Under the pieces are notes generated by a model. The model was not told where the DNA came from. It did no database searches and saw only the letters and a list, made by a program, of their open reading frames with translations. A stretch of DNA of 5,858 bases from the NCBI GenBank assembly GCA_028700905.1, contig JAQVRT010000041.1, positions 1 to 5,858 on the forward strand, given 5' to 3'. This DNA comes from Candidatus Iainarchaeum sp. GTDB lineage: Archaea; Iainarchaeota; Iainarchaeia; Iainarchaeales; CSSED10-239. Below, in pieces: positions 1 through 5,700 of the stretch; within the stretch, counting starts at the first letter, position 1; every line of letters begins with the position of its first letter. The translations under genes and the position numbers were made by a program.

Positions 1-8
1 AATATAAT

Positions 9-2312
9 GTGACTAAAAATGAATATCTTGGAGAATATTCCTCTGCAAATTTAGAAGAAATTATTGAATATGATGGTGATTTTAGAGGAAAATTTATTGA
101 GAAGGGAGATTTAATTTTTACTGAAAAAAATTATTTTGCTCAATTTAATTATTATCCTTTGCCTGTAAATTCATCTTCTGATATTACCCCTAATTCTAAT
201 GATGATTCTTCAATAAAATTAAATTATGAAATTGTTGAGGGTAATAAAATTAAACTTATTTCAAATGATAATGATGCTATTATTTATTATACTTTTAATG
301 ATGATTTTCCTAATATTGAAAGTTATTTAAAAACTTCTTTAAAAAGTGACTCTGGTATAGCTTCTTTACATGAGCTTCATTTAATATCAGGCTATGAAAA
401 TTTAACTAAAATTTATAATAGCCCTGTTCAAATCTCTGATGGACAAAAATTAAATGCAATTGCAGTAAATGTGAATAATTTAGTAATAAGTAATTATCTT
501 GAAGGAATTACTCTTTCATCTTCTGAAAAATCAGAAAGTTCAGAATCATCCTCTTCTTCATCTTCTCAAAGCAATAATTTTTCAATAAACTTTAAAGAAG
601 ATAAAAAAACAGATGATGTAATCTGTGAAAAAGAAACAAAAATCTGTTATGTTAAGTCAAATACAGATACAAATGTTGATTTAATTGCAAATAAAGTAAA
701 TGATGGAAATGTTTATTTTGCAATTAATAATTTGACTAATAAATCTAATCCCTCTTTTAATAATCCAATTTTAATTTCAAATAATCTAAAACTAGGAAAT
801 AATCTTGTAAATTATAATAGTGAGAATACTGAATTTAAAGTAAATTTATCTCAAAGTATAACCGGTAATTATATTATTTCTTCAAAACAAGATAATACAA
901 ATGTTGATAAGTTATATTTTGTATTTTTACCTGACGAAAACTTTGAAGATTTAGTAAAATATAAAACTTTACAAAAAATAATAAATTCTGTATATTGTGA
1001 TGGTTGTAAAATTCCAGATTGGATGCCAAATGGATTAATAATTGATAATCAAAATTTATCTACTAGTGATCCAGATTGTAAATACACTGATGATTTTGAA
1101 ATTTTATGTGATTTTACTATCTTTAATTTAGACGATAAAATTGGAATTAAAAATATTCCTGAATCTCAAGTAACTGGTGGTGATACAACTTATTTCTTTA
1201 CAAATCTAAAAGAAACTTATTTTTTAGAAATGAAAGATAAAATTCCTAATAGCTTAAATTCAAGTGATGTCACAAAAACTTTTTTTAAAGAATTAAGTTC
1301 GAAATTAAATGAATCTGAACTTAAATCTTTATTTGCAATTATTGGAGCTGAATCAAGTTTTAATAAAATGGCTATAGGTGATAAAACAAATGTTAAAGGT
1401 CCTTCTTATGGTTTAGTTCAATTAAATGAACAATTAAGAAATAATCAAACAGAATATAATAAATTAGATCAGTATTTACCTGAAGCTCATAAAGGATTTA
1501 AAAAATATCAAAATTATTTTAAAAATATAAAAGAAGATAAATCAGATTTAGTTGATACAAATTATTCTGTGTATCTTGCATATGCTGTTTATAAATCAAG
1601 TCAAGATGAATTAAATAGTAAGATAAATAATTATAATTCTTTTTCTCCAATAGATAAATTATTTATTCATTTTTATAGTCATCAAATAGGTTTGACTGCA
1701 ACAGTTAATTTTTTTAATGGATATGATAGAAATAAAAAAGCAATCATGGATTGTATAAATAATCCTAATGCTTATAATACTTTTGAAAATAGATTAAATT
1801 GTGTTGCTGTTATTGGTTCTGTAAGAAAACTTGCATGGTACTTATATGCAAATAAACATTGGAATACTTTAAAAGGCGAAGGTAATAATCTTAATGGAAC
1901 AACTTCTACAGATAATGTTAATCTTCCTTATGTTATGTCCGGTACTTCAAAACTTTATATTCATACAAAAGATGCGCCTACTACTTTAAATTGGGAAAAT
2001 GCTGTAAACTATTGTAAAGATATGAATAAAGAAGTTGGTTTAGGGTATGATGATTGGTATCTTCCTAGTAAAGAACAAATGACTGCAATTTGGAATGCAT
2101 GTCCTGATCCAACCAAATCACGTGAATGTATGAATAATAATATATATAATAAAATAAATGGTTGGATAAACTTAATGCCTTATTATTATTGGACAAGTTC
2201 CGAGTACGGCTCGTCCGATGCTTATAGGTTCGATATGGACAATGGCTACATCACCACTAATAATAAGAGCAATAACAAGGATGTACGTTGTGTTCGCGAC
2301 CATTCACCATAG
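9..2312 (+). CDS. Large multidomain extracytoplasmic or virion-type protein. It carries IYYT-type beta-sandwich-like modules, a Ser-rich linker, an SLT-like lytic transglycosylase domain and a C-terminal DUF1566 (Lcl C-terminal, C-type-lectin fold) domain. It is possibly 5'-partial.
   Basis: The supplied ORF is 767 aa with a GTG start at 9 and a TAG stop at 2310-2312. The same frame has no stop back to position 3 (tat aat gtg), so the true start may lie upstream of the window. No N-terminal signal peptide is visible in MTKNEYLGEY..., although the domains are extracytoplasmic types. Two motifs, 'NDAIIYYTFNDDFP...IYNSPVQISDGQKLNAIAV' (about nt 216-474) and 'NDGNVYFAINNL' (about nt 640-790), resemble chitobiase/hexosaminidase C-terminal-like modules. 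That resemblance is low confidence. Confidence 0.9.
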   Translation: MTKNEYLGEYSSANLEEIIEYDGDFRGKFIEKGDLIFTEKNYFAQFNYYPLPVNSSSDITPNSNDDSSIKLNYEIVEGNKIKLISNDNDAIIYYTFNDDFPNIESYLKTSLKSDSGIASLHELHLISGYENLTKIYNSPVQISDGQKLNAIAVNVNNLVISNYLEGITLSSSEKSESSESSSSSSSQSNNFSINFKEDKKTDDVICEKETKICYVKSNTDTNVDLIANKVNDGNVYFAINNLTNKSNPSFNNPILISNNLKLGNNLVNYNSENTEFKVNLSQSITGNYIISSKQDNTNVDKLYFVFLPDENFEDLVKYKTLQKIINSVYCDGCKIPDWMPNGLIIDNQNLSTSDPDCKYTDDFEILCDFTIFNLDDKIGIKNIPESQVTGGDTTYFFTNLKETYFLEMKDKIPNSLNSSDVTKTFFKELSSKLNESELKSLFAIIGAESSFNKMAIGDKTNVKGPSYGLVQLNEQLRNNQTEYNKLDQYLPEAHKGFKKYQNYFKNIKEDKSDLVDTNYSVYLAYAVYKSSQDELNSKINNYNSFSPIDKLFIHFYSHQIGLTATVNFFNGYDRNKKAIMDCINNPNAYNTFENRLNCVAVIGSVRKLAWYLYANKHWNTLKGEGNNLNGTTSTDNVNLPYVMSGTSKLYIHTKDAPTTLNWENAVNYCKDMNKEVGLGYDDWYLPSKEQMTAIWNACPDPTKSRECMNNNIYNKINGWINLMPYYYWTSSEYGSSDAYRFDMDNGYITTNNKSNNKDVRCVRDHSP
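516..572 (+). other. Ser/Glu-rich low-complexity linker (SSSEKSESSESSSSSSSQS) within ORF1
   Basis: Direct translation: tca tct tct gaa aaa tca gaa agt tca gaa tca tcc tct tct tca tct tct caa agc. It separates the N-terminal module from the rest of the protein. Confidence 0.8.
1300..1850 (+). other. SLT (family-1 lytic transglycosylase)-like domain within ORF1
   Basis: The segment 'FAIIGAESSFNKMAIGDKTNVKGPSYGLVQLNE' has the canonical catalytic Glu-Ser (E at nt 1350-1352). About 20 residues later comes the G-L-(M/V)-Q-(I/L) motif (GLVQL, nt 1410-1424). This parallels the 'QESAWNP...GASGLMQI' arrangement of E. coli Slt70-type enzymes. Domain boundaries are approximate and the third motif (AYNAG-like) is not clear. 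Confidence 0.55.
1986..2300 (+). other. DUF1566 / Lcl C-terminal domain (C-type-lectin-like fold) within ORF1
   Basis: The sequence 'LNWENAVNYCKDMNKEVGLGYDDWYLPSKEQMTAIWN...YYWTSSEYGSSDAYRFDMDNGYITTNNKSNNKDVRCVRD' matches the family hallmarks. These are W..A..yC, (D)W(R/Y)LPs.eEl, yWsSs, A(W/Y).f....G and the terminal VRCVR. Confidence 0.7.
2193..2300 (+). other. Candidate DGR variable region (VR) at the 3' end of ORF1
   Basis: There is an abrupt compositional and codon switch. By hand count, 10 of the 20 codons in 2199-2258 end in C (tcc tac ggc tcc ttc gac ggc tac atc acc), against 1 of 20 in 2139-2198. G+C is about 50% in 2199-2258, far above the rest of the window. Most of these codons are reachable from AAC by changing only the A positions. 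The region sits in the C-terminal loop-forming part of a lectin-fold domain and ends in a GC-rich stretch (cgttgtgttcgcgacc) just before the stop. No template repeat or reverse transcriptase is in the window. Confidence 0.4.
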
Positions 2313-2343
2313 GTTTAAAATGAGCTGTATGCTCGTTTTAAAT
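2313..2343 (+). promoter_or_regulatory. Stem-loop 1, starting on the first base after the ORF1 stop codon
   Basis: The arm gtttaaaatgagc (2313-2325) pairs with gctcgttttaaat (2331-2343) as a 13-bp stem that includes two G:U pairs. The loop is tgtat. Confidence 0.6.
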
Positions 2344-2346
2344 CAA

Positions 2347-2369
2347 CAAGATGTCCAGCGGACATCTTG
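2347..2369 (+). promoter_or_regulatory. Stem-loop 2, a perfect 10-bp inverted repeat
   Basis: The arm caagatgtcc (2347-2356) is the exact reverse complement of ggacatcttg (2360-2369). The loop is agc. It is not followed by a T-run, so it is not a canonical intrinsic terminator. Confidence 0.65.
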
Positions 2370-2370
2370 A

Positions 2371-2420
2371 AAAGGGTTGTGTGTGTGAGTGGTTTTGGCA
2401 GGAGCGAGCAGCGCCGCGAC
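2371..2420 (+). other. GC-rich non-coding block of unknown function, including a (TG)5 run at 2378-2387
   Basis: The sequence aaagggttgtgtgtgtgagtggttttggcaggagcgagcagcgccgcgac is far more G+C-rich than anything else outside 2199-2312. It is followed at once by a spacer of roughly 10% G+C. I could not find a convincing fold or an RNA-family signature by eye. Confidence 0.4.
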
Positions 2421-2430
2421 TGATATTCTA

Positions 2431-2453
2431 TTTTTTTAAAAATTATTTTTTTT
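2431..2453 (+). terminator. Oligo-T tracts (T7 at 2431-2437, T8 at 2446-2453) downstream of ORF1, a possible transcription termination signal
   Basis: T-runs follow the structured GC-rich block. Oligo-T alone can terminate transcription in archaea, and hairpin plus T-run does so in bacteria. However, the hairpins are more than 60 nt upstream of these runs, and T-runs are common by chance in DNA this AT-rich. Confidence 0.3.
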
Positions 2454-2602
2454 AAAATGCTAATAATATATATTAAAATATTTTTTTTCTATTTACTTAA
2501 TACTTATTTATAAAATAATTATAAATAGTTTAATAAAAATAAATAAATCATTAAAATAATAAAAAAGAAATATCTCCTTCTCTTTTAGAAATAAATATTA
2601 AT

Positions 2603-2640
2603 AAAGAGAAACAATTCTCTTTTTATTTCTTTATTTTATA
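2603..2640 (+). promoter_or_regulatory. AT-rich hairpin with a T-rich tail just upstream of the ORF2 start
   Basis: The arm aaagagaa (2603-2610) pairs perfectly with ttctcttt (2615-2622), with loop acaa, and is followed by ttatttctttatttt. The stem is weak because only 2 of its 8 pairs are G:C. The function could be terminator-like, attenuator-like, or nothing. Confidence 0.3.
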
Positions 2641-2650
2641 TATATTATAT

Positions 2651-2725
2651 ATGATTAAAAGATATTTTACAATAATTTTCTTTATATTTCTAATAATAGG
2701 TTTATCTGTTCCTATTTTTTCAGCA
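2651..2725 (+). other. N-terminal signal peptide of ORF2 (25 aa)
   Basis: The sequence is M-I-K-R (basic n-region), YFTIIFFIFLIIGL (hydrophobic core), then SVPIFSA with an A-x-A-like cleavage context before E. Confidence 0.75.
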
Positions 2726-5700
2726 GAAATTAACCTAAATCCTTCTAAAACTTATTACTACAACCAAGAAATTGATCTAGGAACAACTTCTCTTCCAGAA
2801 GAAACTTTCTATGTAAACCTAAAAATAACTTCTGAAAACAGAACTTTATTTGAAAGAGATTTTTTAAAAGATGAAGCTTTTAACATCCCTTTTATCTTTC
2901 AAGACTTCTATCCTTCTTCTTTAACTTTAACTTATAATTATTTTTCAGTTTCTAAAGATTTACTTGAAACAAAAGAAGCTTCTTTACTTTTAACAAAACT
3001 AAACCAAGAAATTGAATATTTTTTCTGTAATGAAATTGAGTGTGAAAAAGAACTTTTTGATGTTATTGAAGAAAATGAAGATTTCTATCTTTCCTCTTCT
3101 CTAAAAAACATGTCTTTTACAGTAAAGATAACTTCACAAGATTATTTAAAAGATTATAAAGAAGTATCTTTACCTTTAAAACTTAATTTAAAAGAAGGAG
3201 TTTATTCTTTAGAGATTTCAACAATTCTTGATGATTCAATATTTTCAAAGACTTTAGATGTTATTGTAGTCTCACAAGATCAGATTTCTTCTCCTGAAAA
3301 AAATCCTTCAGATCTTGAAGGTTTAGGTTCTGGTGTTCAAGGTGTTCCTTCTCAAAATATTTTTCAAAAAATAAAAAGTAACAGCTTACAAGATAACTTA
3401 AGAAGTTATTGGTATATTCTCTTAATAATTATTATTTTATTATTCTTAATATTTAAAAAAAGAAAAAAAGAACCTATGCAAGAAAATATTAAAAAAGAAA
3501 GTTCTCTTTCAAGAAGAGAAGCAAGAAAAATGCATTTATTTATATTATTAATAATCATTTCTTTATTTTCACAAATTACTTTTGCAAACTTTGTTGATAA
3601 AGAATACGAGTTTAGTTACTTTACTGATGATTATAAACTGTTAGAAAAAAATTTTCCTCAAGAAAACGAAATTTCTTTATATCTTACAAATTTAAAGCAA
3701 AGTAATTCTTATTTTTTACCTTTAATAAACCATACAAACCAATCTTTAATTAATCCTCAGAAAAAAGAACTTTATCAAGGTACACTAGAATATATTCCAA
3801 TATCTTCTTTATTTGCAATTGATATAAATAAATCACAAGGAAATTATGCTCCTTTCTTGCCAAATGAACAATATTCTCAATATTGTAAACCAGTTTTAGA
3901 TTATTTTAAAAATCATCCTGTTAGTACAAAAGTAGATTTAATAAACAGAAATAAATTTTATTTAACAAATTATATTGGTTTTTCAAAAGAATGTATAGAT
4001 GAGCTTATCTCTAAAAGATGGCTTCAAGAAAAATATGTTTTAGCAGAAATAAAATATTCTCCTAAAGATTTTGATAATCAATCAAAAATTATTCAAGAAG
4101 AATTATTTTTTGAAAGTGATTTATTTTCAGATTCATTAACTCTTCCAATAAACATTATTAAAACAGATTCTGCAGTTGTCTACACTTATCCAGATCCAAA
4201 AAACTATAACAGCATAAGACTTGAAGTTGAGGAAAATGGTTGGATCTTAAGTAATAGAGTTAATTATCCTTATAGTTTTACAGAAATGGAAACAGTTTTT
4301 ACTTTTAATTTAACTGAAGGTGCTTTTGGTTCCTTTAGATATACTCTTAATAATTATAATGAAAATTATGCAGATGTTACTGTTAATTATTTAGATAAAG
4401 AAGAATCTTTATCTTTTAGTAATTTTTTATCTTCAAGTTATTTTTCAATAAACGATAGTAATTTTAATACTGATGTTATAAGTAAATTAAATAGAAATAA
4501 TGGTCATTTAATATTTAATAATTATCAATTATATAATATTGTGGAAAACAGAAGAAAAAGAAGATTATCAATAAATGATAATTATCAAGATTCTTTAAAT
4601 GTTTTATCAAGAAAAGAATATTCTTTAGTATATACTCCTTCTTTTTATAATGAAAATAATTTTTATCTTCATTTAAATTCAGGAAAATACTTAAACCCAA
4701 TAATTAAAGGTAACATGCATTTATTTTATGATGTTGATCCTTTACTTTTTAAAACCATTGATTTGTTTATGATAAATAACGATAATGGTAGATATTATTT
4801 TTCAGAAAACATGGCAAACTATAATTATAGTACAACAAGTTTCCTTCTAGAAAACGATACTGTTAAAATCAATGAAATCTATTCTTCAAAAGACTATACT
4901 TCTTTCCATATTCTTTTTAAAGATGAAAATGTACCTATAGTAATTTCAACAGATAGAAAAAATATTCTTTCAACAAAAGATCCTTATTTCTATATTTATA
5001 AAGATTATTTTATAATGACTTTAAATGGTACTTTAAGAGTTTATAAAAATAAAAATATAAATATTACAGAAAAAGTAAACACTTATAGTAATTATGATGA
5101 TAAATTTTTAACATTAACAGGCAGAAATCCAGATTTTGATAAAAATCAAAACATTTATTTTACAAACAATCTAAAATTATTTAATGACTATATATATGAT
5201 GTCTCAACAGCACAAGACCTATCTTTAATTGAACAAAAAGTATTTTGGGCAAATTCTTTTAAAAAAGCAGACTTAGAAGTTGATGATTGGTTCTCTGAAA
5301 ATAGTTTTTGTGATTCTAATCTTTCAATGGAAGATTTTAACAAAGTTTCTGAAAATCTAAAAAGACTAAATTTTACAATTCTTAAGTACCCTAATCTTAA
5401 TTTAACTCCTTTTAGTAATGTTCTAGAAAATACTAAAAACTATATTATTCCAAGAAACACTTTTACAAAAGAAAATTATAATTTTTTATGTAATTATACA
5501 AAAGAAGATTCTTTTAGAAACTATTCTAATATTATTTTAAATTCTTCAGAATATTTAAATGATCAAAATAGTTTTATTGAACAACTTTCTTTTTTCCAAA
5601 CTCCAATCTCTCAAATATATGGTCATCCTGATAATTATAAAGCAAAATATTTATCTGATTATTTTACTTCTTATAAAGAAGGTATTATTTTTATAGATGA

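Noticed and set aside
2227-2234. The string ggttcgat resembles a tRNA T-loop (GGTTCGAAT) inside the GC-richer patch, raising the idea of a tRNA or tRNA-fragment att site.
   Set aside because: The flanks do not form a T-stem: atagg on the 5' side has no cctat partner. No acceptor, D or anticodon arms can be built on either strand across 2190-2430, and the stretch is in frame within a well-supported domain.
2313-2343. The hairpin directly after the stop codon could be an integron attC site.
   Set aside because: At 31 nt it is shorter than typical attC sites. The arm ends (GTTTAAA.../...TTTAAAT) do not give the RYYYAAC / GTTRRRY core pair in the required orientation. No integrase or cassette array context is visible.
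2375-2420. There is a partial echo of the ORF1 3' end. The string ggttgtgtgtgtgag (2375-2389) matches cgttgtgttcgcgac (2286-2300) at about 11 of 15 positions, and cgcgac recurs at 2415-2420. I considered this as a DGR template repeat or a duplicated gene end.
   Set aside because: The similarity does not extend upstream into the variable part. It is interrupted by about 25 unrelated nucleotides and is dominated by a low-complexity (TG)n run. It is too short to distinguish from chance, and a genuine TR should align across the whole ~100-nt VR.
2351-2440. A small GC-rich ORF, MSSGHLEKGCVCEWFWQERAAPRLIFYFF (29 aa), spans the GC island. A 16-aa ORF at 2320-2370 follows a weak AGG motif.
   Set aside because: Both are very short and lack a convincing RBS or start context. 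Both are laid over the stem-loops, so the GC content is better explained by nucleic-acid structure. I have no homology evidence. They would only be worth revisiting if the peptide proves conserved in related loci.
2492-2520. Sigma-70-like hexamers in the spacer: tttact at 2492-2497, a 17-nt gap, then ataatt at 2515-2520. Several TATA-box-like strings are also present.
   Set aside because: In DNA of about 10% G+C, such hexamers occur many times by chance. Several alternative pairings are equally good, and the domain of life is unknown. No specific promoter call is defensible from sequence alone.
4515-4700. The 61-aa minus-strand ORF from the supplied track (MGLSIFLNLNEDKNYF...).
   Set aside because: It lies entirely antisense to the uninterrupted + strand frame 2651..>5858, which has far stronger coding evidence (a signal peptide and 1069 stop-free codons). 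Its low-complexity F/I/K/N composition is what the antisense of an AT-rich gene produces by chance. It has no RBS and no recognisable motif.
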